Of a stretch of DNA of 64,000 nucleotides, positions 33,669 to 59,300 are shown piece by piece. The notes beneath the pieces were generated by a model. The model worked only from the letters and a program-made list of their open reading frames with translations. It was not told the DNA's origin and did not search any database. The translations under genes and the position numbers were made by a program. Origin of the DNA: the human T2T-CHM13v2.0 reference genome, Homo sapiens; NCBI RefSeq assembly GCF_009914755.1, contig NC_060932.1. The stretch is one strand, 5' to 3'. The number at the start of each line of letters is the position of its first letter. The first letter of the stretch is position 1.

Positions 33669-33862
33669 GGCTGTTGCTCAGCATGCAGGGGCCCTGTCGC
33701 GGGCACAGCCCAAGGCTGCCTCCCCACGGTGCGTGCCCTGGTGCTGCGGGTGCAGCACGGAAACCCCGGCTTCTACTGTACAGGACACTGGCCCCTCTCA
33801 GGTCAGAAGACATGCCTGGAGGGATGTCTGGCTGCAAAGACTATTTTTATCCTGCAACTCTT

Positions 33863-33868
33863 GATAAA
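33863..33868 (+). terminator. Variant poly(A) signal GATAAA for PPP1R16A
   Basis: ~195 nt after the stop, followed by GU-rich GTTGTGTGTTGTGTGTC. Confidence 0.55.
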
Positions 33869-36069
33869 GGGCTGTTTTGCCATGGAGCCTCGTTGTGTGT
33901 TGTGTGTCTCAGCTGGGTCGCTGTCCCACAGTGGGGAGTGGGTTGTGCTGTTTGGCTGGGGTGCCACCCGTGCCTGTGAGCATGAAAGCCTGTAGGTGCG
34001 CGCTGGGGCATGTGGCAGCCCTGGCTGTGTGGGAGTGAGGCTCACAGCCACTGGGCTGGAAGCCTGGGCCTCACCCACTCCCTCCCGTGCTCAGCCTCCT
34101 GGAGCCTCCTCCGTAACCCTTTGCTCTCCTGAGAGGAGCCAGGTGCTTTGAAGGAGCCTCCATGGGGGCCAGGGCCTAGGGTGTCTGTGCTGAGGGGCGG
34201 AAGGTGGGGGTCCCAGGGACCATGGCTTGGAAAGGGAGGTGGTGTTTTCCACAAGACTCTTGTGTCAGAGCCAGAGGGGCAAAACAAGCACAAGGCTGTG
34301 TCAGAAGCTCCCTGGGGGGGTTGTGGGTCCCCAGTTCCTGGCACGCAGCCTTAATCCTGGGGCCTGGCTGCCAGCTTCCGCCTGGGCTGGCATAGGGGAC
34401 ACGCAGTTGGCCACTCTGGCTCTGAGCTGGCTTGGCACAATGTGTCAGGGTGAGGGGGCCCCTTAGGGGCCTCAAGCAGGAGGGCTGAGGGCACCGCTGG
34501 TTCGTCTGTTCATGGTGGGCGGCTTTGTGTGGCCACCAGTGCTGGGTGGTGTGGGTTTGGGCTGTTCTCCCTCCTGGCTCAGCACGGGCCCGTCAGCCCA
34601 GTGTCCTTTGGGCCTGCCCTTCCCCTAGCATCCCTGGTTGGAAGGGTGTCCTCACAGGGCTGTGGGCGGGCCAGGGCTGGCTGCTGGTTAAATTTAGTGT
34701 GGGGGGTGGGGCAGCTGCCCAAGGTCCACCTGCCACCAGGGCTGCCACTTGGACTCCCTTGCCAGGGGGCGGGCAGGGGCTGGCTCTGCCTGGGGCCAGG
34801 CCCATGTTAACCTGTGCCCCGGCCTGGGGGCCAGAGGGGCAGGCCTGCGCACGGGGAGGCTGTTGTGGCAGCGGAACAGAGACGTGCACGGTGAGAGGCC
34901 TGGGGGCCGGCTGTCCAGGGCTCCCGATGGCTTTTCTCCCAGCCAGCAGGATCAGAGGAGCCAAGGTCCGACTTGGGCCTGGCTGGTTGCCCACAGCCCT
35001 GCTCAGAGGGCCGGCTCCCTGACCCCCATGGTTCAGGTTTCGGTGCCCGACGCTGGGGTGGGCCAGCGTGGAGCCTGGCCTTTCAGCTCAGCAGGCCTGT
35101 GGAGGTGGGGCTCTGATGGCCTATCCCAGCTCGTTTCCTACTCTCTCCTCCAATCGGGAACAAGAGGGCTGGAGAGCTCAGGTCACCCCTAGCCTCGGGT
35201 GTGTCCCAAGGGCAACCCCCAGCTGGTGCCTGGTGAAAGGGCATGACAGCAGCCACGGTGTGAGCTGTCCCAGGGCTCAGGGCTGGACTGCCTGGCTCCA
35301 GCCCCCTCCCCCAGCCCCTCGCAGTGCTCATCAGGGACCAAGGTCCAGCTACAGAGCTCTTGCAGCCTCTGGGCCATAGCTGCCAGCTCTGGAGGGTCCA
35401 GATGGAACCCAGAGCCTGAACACCCCTCCCCTCCCCCCAGCACCCCCTGGATTCCTGAGGCCTGGCTCAGTTAATAGGAGACAGGTCCGCTGGCCCAAGC
35501 AAAGATGCGGGTGCCACGAGGGCCAGGCCTCGGCCAAGCCCTGCTGGGGTAAATCCCAGCAGCCCAGGCTCCAGTCTCGCCTCGGGGGTCCCTCCTTGCC
35601 AGCTCTGCCAGCCCCTCAGGGCTGCTGGGCACCCCTTCACCTCCTGAGCACCCCAGGTGCTCAGCCCTCTCCCCCTCCCCCCATGTCTAGTCCCTCAGAG
35701 CTGTCCGGACTGACGTCTGTACCTACCCCCCATGTGGGTCTCCTGCTCTCCCTTCGTGGGGACACTAGGCAGGCACTGGGCCTTGCCCCAAGCCCCGCCT
35801 GCCACCTCACCCACTGCCTCTGCCTCCCTGGGGCAGAGCTGTTCCCAGACGGGTGGGGCGGGGCCCAACTGTCCCCAGCTCCTTCAGCCCTTTCTGTCCC
35901 TCCCAGTGAGGCCAGCTGCGGTGAAGAGGGTGCTCTCTTGCCTGGAGTTCCCTCTGCTACGGCTGCCCCCTCCCAGCCCTGGCCCACTAAGCCAGACCCA
36001 GCTGTCGCCATTCCCACTTCTGGTCCTGCCACCTCCTGAGCTGCCTTCCCGCCTGGTCTGGGTAGAGTC

Positions 36070-38765
<2,696 letters not shown>

Positions 38766-40129
38766 GCACCCCAGCTGGGGCCAGGCTGGGTCGCCCTGGA
38801 CTGTGTGCTCAGGAGCCCTGGGAGGCTCTGGAGCCCACTGTACTTGCTCTTGATGCCTGGCGGGGTGGGGTGGGGGGGGTGCTGGGCCCCTGCCTCTCTG
38901 CAGGTCCCTAATAAAGCTGTGTGGCAGTCTGACTCCAGGGAGGAAGCGTTGGCAGCTGCGTGGCCCGCTCCCACCTGCCTACCCTTCTTGCAGGCCTGAG
39001 TCCCTTCAGAGAAGGGACCTTCCACGGCCACCACCCACCTCTTCCTCCTGAAGACCCCGTGCCCACCATAGGCTGGGTCTTCCCTCTGGCCTCTGGTTGT
39101 GGGGCAGAGCCCGTCAGATCACACAGAAATGGGTTGAGAGGGTCCAGAGTGTGAGGAAAGCGCAGGCCCCACACCCCTTTGTGGAAGCCCCCAAGAATCT
39201 AGGGAGCCAGGGGCCCAGGTGGCCACCCGAAGAAACACAGCCTTTCCTGAGGAAGGCACAGTGAACTGCCTCCTTCCTGGCTCCCTTTCCTGTGAGGTCC
39301 ATGTCTTCCCTGGGGCAGGGGGAAATACTAAACCAGCATGGTGCTGGCTGGTCAGGGTGACTGACAGCTCAGGAAGGAAGTCTTGGTTCTCTTACCCAAG
39401 GAAGCAGGGGTGGGGCCACTGTCTGGGGGGCCAGAGACCACCTTTGGTGTCATTGTGTGGTGCAGTCCTTCGGCTGGGTGGAGTGGGAGGCAGAGGGAGA
39501 GGATAAGGGAGCGTCCCAGGGGAGGGCTGGGGCTGGAGGAGGCAGGGGCTGGGCTGAGCGGGAGTGGGCAGCGCTGTGTCCTGGCCTGGGGAGCATGGCT
39601 GAGCACCTACTACATGCAGACACTGCTGGGGGGTCACTCAATCTGCACAGATGCTCTTCTGAAGTAGGCATGATAGTCCCCATTTGATAGACGTGGAAAC
39701 CTGCAACCCAAAAACCTGCTGAGCTGACAAGAAACCCCCTCAGAGGCCTCGGCAGCCAGAAAAATGCGTTGGGTCCAGTGCCCTCAAGTCCGCCAAGGAC
39801 AGGGCTGGCTTTAGAGACTCACAAACTTGGGAGATAGGACTGGCCAAGGGCACCTGGTTTTTTTCGCTCTGGAGATGGTTCTTAACCACAGGCCACACAC
39901 ACTTCACAGCCTCATCTGGCCCTCGGGAGCCCCAGAGGGCACAGCTCTGGGCAGGAGACACAGCAGGTGGGCCCCTCCCTTGGCAGGGCGGGCTCGAATC
40001 AGGCAGGGTGCTCCTAGCCTTGTCACCGGACACCGAAGGGCGTCACGGGCAGTGGCTGGCGGTGTCCTTCTGAGCTAAGCTGGGTCCTGACCTTTCACAC
40101 TTCCCTCCTAACTTCCATGGCTCTGTCAC

Positions 40130-42930
<2,801 letters not shown>

Positions 42931-43196
42931 GCTGAGTGGCTGGAGTGGTCAATAAAGCCACATGTGCCTGTGGCCCAGATGTCTCTGTGCCTGGAATATG
43001 TGATGTGCTTGTCCCCAGCTTGTGGGGGTTGCCTCATTGGCCAAGAGGGCCCATAAAAACAAAGTGAGCATTTTTTATTCTGCATTTTGGAGCCTCCTCG
43101 TTCCCACACCCTGTGGCAGGTTTTGCCCAGGTCCTCAGTCACTGCCCTAGCCTCTGACAACCCCAGCTCTACCCGACATCCCCCAATGCAGTGCAG

Positions 43197-50289
<7,093 letters not shown>

Positions 50290-51909
50290 TCAAGGGGCGG
50301 GGCACCGGTCGCTCGGGGCGGCCTGGCCGAGGGAGGCAGTGGCTGCATTTGGGAGCCCGGGGCCGAGGCCGGGAGCCTGGGAGGTGCCACCGCGGGCCGG
50401 GAAGGACTGGGAGTCCCCGGGCCGGTCGGAGCGGCGTCAGGCCCTGGTGGGAGACGCATCCGACCTGGAGGAGCAGGCCCCGCTCGGGAGGCGAAAGAGC
50501 GGAGGGTCCAGCGCCTCCCGCGGCTCGAGGCCCGGAGGAGCCGGGCGGGGGCGTCTTCGCGAAACGCAGGCGACCGAGGACCGTCGCGTTCCCTGCGGCC
50601 GGCGGGAGGGGAGGGGGCGTCGCACGGAGGTGCCTGCCTCCCTTGGTGGGCAGGCCGTCTGCTTTGGTGTTCTCCCGTGACAAGTGCTCGGTTGGTCTGT
50701 CCTGTCAGAGCGAGTATGATCGTTGAGATCTGTCCACCGGCAGAACTAGGCCGAGGGTTGGTGTCTGGGACTTTTCAGGAACCGGTGCCTTAAGGACTTA
50801 CTTGTATGTGGAAAAGTCGACAAAAAGAAGGGCCTTGGGGCCAGAGTGTCTTCCCCGGCCCCCTTCCCTGGCTTGTCACTCAGGCTGTGACCTTGGGCCA
50901 GGCCGAGGCCTTCATTTTCTAATCTGTCACAGGGAGATGGCTGCGATTTAGTTTTGAGGATGCTACAGGCAGCAGCAGGGCTGGCACCCTGTGTCACAGG
51001 TACCTTGTGGCCTTGGGAGTGTTTGTGCATCTCTGCAGCTTGGGTGCTGCTGAGGCAGCTTTCTTTGCCTTGTCTGAGCAGTCTGTAGCTTTGCACCTTC
51101 TGAATCCCACATACTTAAGACTTGGTCTTTCCACAGTGGCTCTCCAGGGAAGAGGGAGAGGTTTAGGCCAGTGGTAAGGGCCAACAAAGGTGAGGGTTGC
51201 TTTCTTTCGGGGTCTCCGTGCTTGGTGATGCTCTGGAGAATAGTAGCTTTTGCGGGGGCTTGTATTTTATAGGCTACATCATCTGGACTCGGTGTTCCCT
51301 GGGTCTCGGTCTTTTCAACCTGCCTTGTTGCTTATGAAGCTGCTTCTGTGCTTCCAGCTCTTTGGTGTTTTGTGGAGTCCAAGTGTAGCCCTGGAGAGCA
51401 TCTGTGAGGAGAGGGGAAGGAAAGGTGATTTGGCTGCTTGACTCCTTAGAGTGTCCCGTCAATACTAATGCTGATGAAGGTTGGTGGGGAGAGTCCTGGG
51501 CTTTATTCAGGTTTCGAAGAAGGTTTTGTGAAGCAGCTTTGTAATTTGAGAGGCCTGAAGTACCCATGGGGGGCCCTGCAAGGCAACAGGCATCTGTCAA
51601 AAGCATACCCAAGCAAGCGAGTTGTTGACGATGCCACACTGCTTGACGCTTAGTTTCTCTAAAGAGATCCTGTGCATCTGGAGGGCTGGGGCTGAGTTGT
51701 GAGTTTGTCTGCCAGTTCACTGCACCCAGCCCAGCGCTAGGCATCTAATAGGTGCTTCTCTGTGCCATGGCCACTGCTAACTGCTGACTTTGTTTCAGGC
51801 ACTATGCTGGGCCTTCCTACCACTTGTGTGTGGCTTGGTAGTGGCCTAGGGTCTCTCCTCCCTGCTGAAGTCCCTCTCCTGCAGGTGGCCGTCTGCCCGG
51901 CCCAGCACC

Positions 51910-53662
51910 ATGCACACGCTTGTGTTCTTGAGCACACGGCAGGTGCTGCAGTGCCAGCCAGCTGCCTGCCAGGCCCTGCCCCTGCTGCCACGCGAACTCT
52001 TCCCCCTGCTGTTCAAGGTGGCCTTCATGGACAAGAAGACAGTGGTACTGCGCGAGTTGGTACACACGTGGCCCTTCCCGCTGCTCAGTTTCCAGCAGCT
52101 GCTACAGGAGTGTGCCCACTGCAGCCGTGCCCTCCTGCAGGAGCGGCCTAGCACTGAGAGCATGCAGGCTGTTATCCTGGGGCTGACTGCCCGGCTCCAC
52201 ACCTCAGAGCCTGGGGCCAGCACACAGCCCCTCTGCAGGTATGGACTTATCTGGAGGGTCGTCAGGCCAGGGGTGTGTAAGTGGGTCCCCTGAGGAGGCT
52301 TGGGTCATAAAGTTAGCAAGAGCTCATGCAGGAGCAGGCGCGTTGCTCCTGTCCCAAGGTGGCTGGGAGGGGGTATGGGCGCTGCCCCTCCACCCCTTCC
52401 TCACACCATTCCTACTCCCAGGAAGCATGCGCTGCGGGTGCTGGACATGACGGGCCTCTTGGATGATGGTGTGGAACAGGATCCTGGCACCATGAGCATG
52501 TGGGACTGTACTGCTGCCGTAGCTCGCACATGCATTGCCCAGCAGCAGGGTGGGGCCGCAGAGCCTGGGCCAGCCCCCATCCCCGTGGAGGTGCGCGTGG
52601 ACCTGCGGGTGAACCGGGCCTCCTATGCGTTCCTGCGGGAGGCACTCCGAAGCAGCGTGGGCAGCCCGCTGCGGCTCTGCTGCCGGGACCTGCGAGCTGA
52701 GGACCTGCCCATGCGCAACACTGTGGCCCTGCTGCAGCTTCTGGATGCAGGCTGCCTGCGCCGCGTGGACCTGCGCTTCAACAATCTGGGCCTGCGCGGC
52801 CTGTCTGTGATCATCCCACACGTGGCCCGCTTCCAGCACCTGGCCAGCCTGCGGCTCCACTATGTGCATGGGGATTCAAGGCAGCCCTCCGTGGATGGCG
52901 AGGACAACTTCCGCTACTTCCTTGCCCAGATGGGCCGCTTCACCTGTCTGCGTGAGCTCAGCATGGGCTCCTCTCTCCTTTCAGGGAGGCTGGACCAGCT
53001 GCTCAGGTGAGCGGGCCCCACCACTGCCCTGCCCCTCCCTTCTGTAGGGACCCTCCCTGGCTCTGCCTGTCTGTGACCCCTGTGTCCCCTGTAGCACCCT
53101 GCAGAGCCCCCTGGAGAGCCTGGAGTTGGCCTTCTGTGCTCTGCTGCCTGAGGACCTACGCTTCCTGGCACGGAGCCCACATGCTGCCCACCTCAAGAAG
53201 TTGGACCTGAGTGGTAACGACCTGTCTGGCAGCCAGCTGGCACCCTTCCAGGGTCTGTTGCAGGCATCAGCAGCCACACTGTTGCATCTGGAGCTGACTG
53301 AGTGTCAGCTCGCAGACACCCAGCTGTTGGCCACACTACCCATCCTGACTCAGTGCGCCAGTCTCCGGTACCTTGGCCTCTATGGCAACCCACTGTCCAT
53401 GGCGGGCCTCAAGGAGCTGCTGCGGGACTCAGTGGCACAGGCTGAGCTGCGTACTGTGGTGCACCCCTTCCCTGTGGACTGCTATGAGGGCTTGCCCTGG
53501 CCGCCGCCTGCCTCTGTCCTGCTGGAGGCCTCCATCAATGAGGAGAAGTTTGCCCGCGTAGAAGCTGAGTTGCACCAGCTGCTTCTAGCCTCAGGCCGTG
53601 CCCATGTGCTCTGGACCACGGACATCTACGGGCGACTGGCTGCGGACTACTTCAGCCTATGA
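51910..53662 (+). CDS. LRRC14: Leucine-rich repeat-containing protein 14 (PRAME-like), 493 aa
   Basis: Exons 51910-52238, 52422-53006, 53095-53662 total 1482 nt. PRAME-type N-terminus LPRELFPLLFKVAF...LVHTWPFPLL; LRRs LRRVDLRFNNL, LKKLDLSGNDL, LRYLGLYGNPL. Confidence 0.95.
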
Positions 53663-54660
53663 TGAAGTAGCTCTGGGTGAGACACAGGCCGCCCTGCAGT
53701 CTCTTTAGGTAGGCAGGGCCTTTGCTGGGACCCCTGGTGGAGGCCTTCACAAAAGCACTGGTTACTGGTTTCCTGCTGGGTCTACCTTGCTTCTGGGCAC
53801 ACCTCAAGCCTCCCCTGCTTTCTGCAGTGCCCCACGCGGTTTTCCCTGCACTTGCTCCATAATTGGCTGATCATCTGTGGGCCCCGGGGCTGGATGTCAG
53901 GCCTCCATTGCCCTGCTCAGTTTGGCTGCATTTGGCTGCCGTCTGGGGTCCTGGTCCTTTGTGCAAATGCTTTGGGATTCCAGTTGTGAGCTGAGAGAGA
54001 TGATGGCCTCTCTGGGCCTTTCCTCTCCCTTTACTGAGAGCTCAGTGCTTCTGGGGTTGAAGTTGGACAGAGGCCTGCTTCAGGGAAGCTGGGAGTCCCC
54101 AGGCACTCACGCCTCTTACGTGTTCCCTACCCTGCCACCCAGCCACCCCACTGGGCTGGGCTCGGGCTGGAGGGGGTCATCAAGGTACACATGTGCCTGG
54201 AAGTTGAATTTGTGGCTGTTTTTTTTTCTGTCCACGTTGGTCACCCTTATCCTTATCTCTGCTGTCACCCCCAACATGGCCACCGGGCAACAACTGCCAT
54301 CCAGCCTGTCGCCCCGCCCTTCGCGGGGCAGCCCCGTCGGCACTGCCGGCCAGTCCTTGCTCTTCCCACCTTTCGGAGGCCCAAGATCCTACTGTGGCCG
54401 GCCAGGGCCAGCGAGGGACCCCCCCCCCATGCAGAGCTGGAGGTTGGGGTGATGTCTTTTCGGAAGAGCTTCAAGGGAGGTGTTGGGGCCTCCCCGGCCA
54501 CCTTCCATTGCTACCCCAGGATTCCCGAGTGCAACGTTCCCGGCTCGCGCCCCACACACGGCTCAGCGCACACTGCGCGGCTTCCACCTTTACTGACGGA
54601 GCATGCGCGAGGCCGCACCGGCCAATCTCCGGCGCCCACGTCATCCGCGCGCCCGCGGCC

Positions 54661-57160
54661 CTAGCAGTGGATCTCGTAGGCGACCGGCGGGGGCACGCGG
54701 AGTCCCGGCCCCGCCCCCTGTGCCGGGCCGCAGTCAGCGGGCGCCTCCGCCGGACCCTCGGCGAAGAGCGGCTTGGAGCGGTTGATGACGAACATCTCGT
54801 GGCCGCGCTCGTCGCGGAGCTCCTCTAGCTGTGCGAACGTACAGGGGCCGTCCAAGTAGTCGTTGACGAACAGCGCTCCCTCCCCCGGAGGCCCCCGCGC
54901 CTTTTTTCGCCTGCGGCGCCGGCGACAGATCATGGCGACCAGGAGCAGCGCCGTGAGCGCCAGCAGCGCGATGGCCGCCGCAATGGCCGTCTGTGTGGCC
55001 ACGCCCAGGGCGCGGAAGGCCATGCTGCCCGCCTCGGGCCGGGGCTCGCTGCCGGCGGGGCGGGCGGCCGGAGGCGGCGGTTGCGCGGGCTGCTGCGGCT
55101 GCTGCCGGGACGCGTTGACCAGGAGCCGGAAGGGCACGCGGGCAGCGCCGCCGGCGTTGGAGGCCTCGCACTCGTACTTACCGGCGTGCGCCAGCGTGAT
55201 GTTGCTGAGGAAGAGCATGCCGCTGCCCGTGTCGGATGCCGAGTGTCCGCCCAGGCCCAGCAACCCGCCTTCTAGCTGGGCCTGGGCTCGCGGCCGGCCC
55301 TCGCGAGGCTGGGGCACCTTTCTCCAGGTCACCAATGGCTGCGGGTAGCCGGAGGCTTGGCAGGCAACCCGCAGGTCCTCACCCAGGTTGGCTGTGAGCT
55401 CCAGCGGCTGCACGTGGACAGAGGGCGGAATGCAGATGAGGCTGCTGTGGGATACGTCCAGGAGACTCTGGAGCGCCAGGCGCGGGGGCTCTGCACACAT
55501 GATCTTCCTGTCCCTGGAGGTGAGCAGCCGCTGGCCGCCCTCCTTGATCCAGGCACCCAGCCAGTGCAGGGCGCAGTCACAGCGCCATGGGTTCTCTGTG
55601 GGAGAGCAGCGTTAGGCAGGTGGCTTGAGGGTGCTGCTAAAACAGCCTGTGCAGTTGGGGTTTTGCAGGCCAGGACAGAGGCCTCTTTCCCACCTCCCAC
55701 AGCGTTTTCACACGGAGTCCAAGGCCCTGCCACCCCTTCCTTGACCCCAAGCTCCTTGGGGCGGCAGGCCCTTCACCCTCGCCCCCCTCCCCTTTAGCTC
55801 TGTGATGCCTGCCTGTTACAGATCACTTCTCCGTCGGTCTCTGAGAAAGCACCTGCTCCTTAAGTCTTCCTGCAACAAGTGCCACTGTTTTTAGGAACCT
55901 GGGCGTCCACATAGACATCTCACCAGCACTGAAACCTCACAAGTCCTCTCAGCCTTGCCTTTGGATGCCCTCTCTTGGGAATGTCCCCAGTCCTGGTCAG
56001 CTGTCTCTCTCCTTTGCAATTTTGTCTGCCTCCCCTCAGCCTAAAAGTGTGCAGAACCCTCAATTCTGTTAAGTCACCCTGTGGAGTTCCTGTCTTCTGT
56101 TTTCCCCAGGCAGGGTGCCTGAGCTGTATTCCCCAGCACACCCACTCCCGCAGCCCTCCAGTGTGGCTGCAGGCGGTGGTGCAGCCTTCCAGACTGCTGC
56201 CCAGTTGCCTGATGTCAGAGCCCCTCCACACATGAGCCTGCTCCCTACTGCCAACACCGTGGCCCAGACAGAGACGCTTTCCGAGGAAGAGGTACCTGTG
56301 AGGCGCAGGACTTGCAGACTGGCCAGGGGCTGCAGGGCCTCTCGGCTGATGGTGCCCAGCTGGTTCCTGCTGAGGTCCAGCAGTGCTAGGGAGGACAGCC
56401 CCGCTAGAGCCTGGTCCTCCAGCAGCTCAATGCTGTTTTCTTGCAGGTGAAGCTCCTGCAGTCGCTGAAGTAAGGACAGCAGATCGTGAGGAAAAAGGGC
56501 GCCGAGGTTGGGGGCATGTCTCTCTTCTTACCAAGCTAGACTGGGTTGCCTTTTCTAACTATTCCAGCCCTACAGGGCGAGGGGCCATAATGGAGTATCC
56601 CGCCCCTTTAGACCCCAGGCGCTCACCGGCAGGTGCAAGAAGGTGAAATCCAGCAGCCGCGCCAGCTGGTTGCCCGCCAGGTAGAGCACGCGCAGCTGGG
56701 CCAGGCCTACGAAGGCGCCGCTGCGCAAGCCGCGCAGCCGGTTGCTAGTGAGCGCCAGCTCCAGCAGGCGCGGCTGCGCGCGGAAGGCGCCGGCCTCCAG
56801 GGCGCGCAGGCTGTTGTTGTGCAGGTAGAGCCGGCGCAGAGCGGCGAGTGGCGCCAGGGCTCCCGGCTCTAGGCGGGCGATGTTGTTGTCCTGCAGGAAC
56901 AGTGTCTGCAGGCCGGGGAAAGAGGAGGCGCTTACCCCGCTGCGGGGGTCTTCCTCTCCCTGGGGGCACCCCGTCCTCCCGCAGCTCCACACGGTGCCCA
57001 CCTGCGTCCCTGGCGGGATTCCCAGCGGGACGACGCGCAACCGCAGGGCGCCACACTCCACCGTGGCGCTGTAGCAGCGGCAGGCTGCTGGGCAGCCGGC
57101 GGCGCGGAGCGGCAGTAGTAGCAGCAGCAGCGGCAGCAGTGCGGGGGCCCTCAGGGCCAT
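54661..57160 (-). CDS. LRRC24: Leucine-rich repeat-containing protein 24 (signal peptide, LRRs, Ig domain, transmembrane segment), 513 aa
   Basis: Exons 57160-57002, 56905-56627, 56464-56296, 55595-54661 total 1542 nt. LRRNT CPAACRC; LRRCT NPWRCDC; Ig YECEASN; TM followed by RRRRRRKK. Variant poly(A) AGTAAA on minus at 54589-54594. Confidence 0.95.
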
Positions 57161-57330
57161 CTCCCGAGGCCCGGTTCCTCACCGGCCCTTCCGCGGTTCA
57201 GCCGCAGACGCGTGCCCTCCTGAAACACAGGTTGGCAGGCCAGTCTCGGCAGTCGAGAGCCAGCCAATAGATGGAATGGAGGCCTGCACCTGCGTCTAAC
57301 TTTTGACACTATAAATAGGTTCAAGAAACT

Positions 57331-57336
57331 AATAAA
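57331..57336 (+). terminator. AATAAA, probable LRRC14 poly(A) signal
   Basis: First canonical + strand hexamer I could find after the LRRC14 stop; followed by a U-rich tract. Confidence 0.6.
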
Positions 57337-59145
57337 ACGTTCTGGTTTTCTCCTTTGACAAAAACATTTTCTTAAAGCTCTGGGGCATCAGGTTCAAATT
57401 TAGAATTCCTGGTGTCCTCAGTGTCTTCACAGGATGTGACCATGTAGGGAGAGCCACCCAACCCTGTCACCTTCTCCTTCTCCACCCATGCCCAGCAGGT
57501 CAGGAGCTTCCTGCTCAGGACGTGGATGTGTGTCGCTTGCTGCCCCCGACTCTACCCCCAGGCAAGTGGCTGCTGCTTGGTTCTAGGGTGCAAGAAGCTG
57601 GAAGTACAGGGTATGGCTTGAGAACTTTGCTTAGGTGACAAAGCCCGGGGTCCCATTACCCAAGCATGGCTAGGAGGGGGAGAGCAGGCCCTGGGCAGAC
57701 ACGCCTCCTTGTTATCCTGTGGGGGCCTGGGCAGAGCTGGCCTCAGAGGAGCTACGAGCCCCAGGGAAGTCAAGGCACAGCTTTGTCCAGCACCTGCTCC
57801 TGCTGGCCTAGGGGTGGGACCAGCTTAACTAGAATTGGGCCTTTTTCTCAGGTAACCTGTCAGAGAATTGGGGGATGAGAAAAATAATAGGAAATTCGGT
57901 TCAGGAGCCATGGGTCTGTGCTTCCCATGCCGGTCCCCAGAAAGGTGTCCTGTCTTTGGGGATAGATGGGGCCCTGGGAAAGCTGGGGTGGGACAGGGGA
58001 CGCCTTGGGCCACCAACTGGGTTTCTGGTGTGGCTTCCCAAGTGGGCTCTGGGAGCAGTGTGACCTCTGAGATCAGCAAGGAGCAGGGAGTTTGCTGGGG
58101 GACCATATACATGTACTTGTCGTAAAGAAATGGGAAGGCTGGGGTCTGGTTTCAGGAACAAGGAGCCCAGTTTTAAAAGTAGGGATCTGGGCTAAGCCAG
58201 CCAGCCCACCCGAAGCCAGGGAAAACAGGGCTGCAGGTGTCCTGTCTCCCAGCCTCATCTGGCCGGCCTCCCCAAACATTTGCCTGTCCATCAGCTCTTC
58301 CTCCTTTCGAGTCATGTGGAAAGGGACAGGACCAAGTGGCCTTGGTGTTTAAATCTTGCCCTAAATTGTAACTCACATGATTATTTAAAGTCACTAGAAA
58401 TAAGTAAGCACAGCAATAAAGTTTTAATGGAATAGCTTTGGCCCAGGCAGAGGCAGTTCCCAGATGTCTCAGGACGCGTGTGAACCCCAAGAAGTTGGGG
58501 GCGTTATCTGGGCCCTTGGGATCCATTCCCCTGGGTATAAAGTGTTGGTACGTGGCTCCAGGCCTGGCCCACTCAGCCTCCCCCAGGAAGGCTTCTCAAG
58601 TGGAGAAGGTTCTTGGCCTCAGAACTCACGGCGCTGCTGCTCACGCTGACCCCCCACTAGATGCAGATCGGTGTAGAAAGGCCTGCCAGGGCAGGGATGA
58701 GGGCCCCAAGCTGGAAGCAGCCCAGAAATCCTTTTACCAGAGGACAACTCCCTAATCCGCTGGGCAGGGGCGGGGTGTCACACGCAGGATTCCGCGACGA
58801 CTGTCACTGCCTCCTGGGCGCCCCTCTGTGCGGGAGCGGGGAGGGAAGAGGATGGAACGCCCTGTGTCTGCCTCGGGCGCAGTGCGAGGCCCAAGCTGGT
58901 CTTTGGGCGGCCCTTGCGCACCTCTGCAGCGCTGCGACCTGGTGCCTGTATCCCCCACGGCCTCCTCTGCTACCCACGAGAGCCGGTTGATTTTCGGCCG
59001 GGCTCAGGGAGGGCGTGGCCTCCGCGTTCCCCATCCCCCTCCAGGACCCACGCCCTTCTCGGAGCGCACCAGGGTCAGAGCCGGGATGGTCCCCGATCCC
59101 CCAGCGCCCCCACGCCTGGTGACCTTGGGTCGGGCGTCCCCTCAC

Positions 59146-59300
59146 CTGACGCTCCCGCGGCGAGCGGCTCCCCCGCCGTGCAGGTGGCGGCCGGGCCCGA
59201 GCAGTCGCCGGGCTGGGAGGGGGCGGGGGACGCTCGCGCACGCGCACCAGAGCCCCGCGCCCGCCGCCTGTGCCTGACGTCTCGAGCGCAGGCCAATCCG
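59146..59300 (-). promoter_or_regulatory. Candidate LRRC24 promoter and non-coding first exon
   Basis: Minus-strand donor CAG|GTGAGG at ~59146/59145; GC box ~59220; NRF1-like CGCGCACGCGCA ~59236; TGACGT 59275; CCAAT 59293. Matching acceptor GTGTTTCAG at ~57220 upstream of the LRRC24 ATG. Confidence 0.6.
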
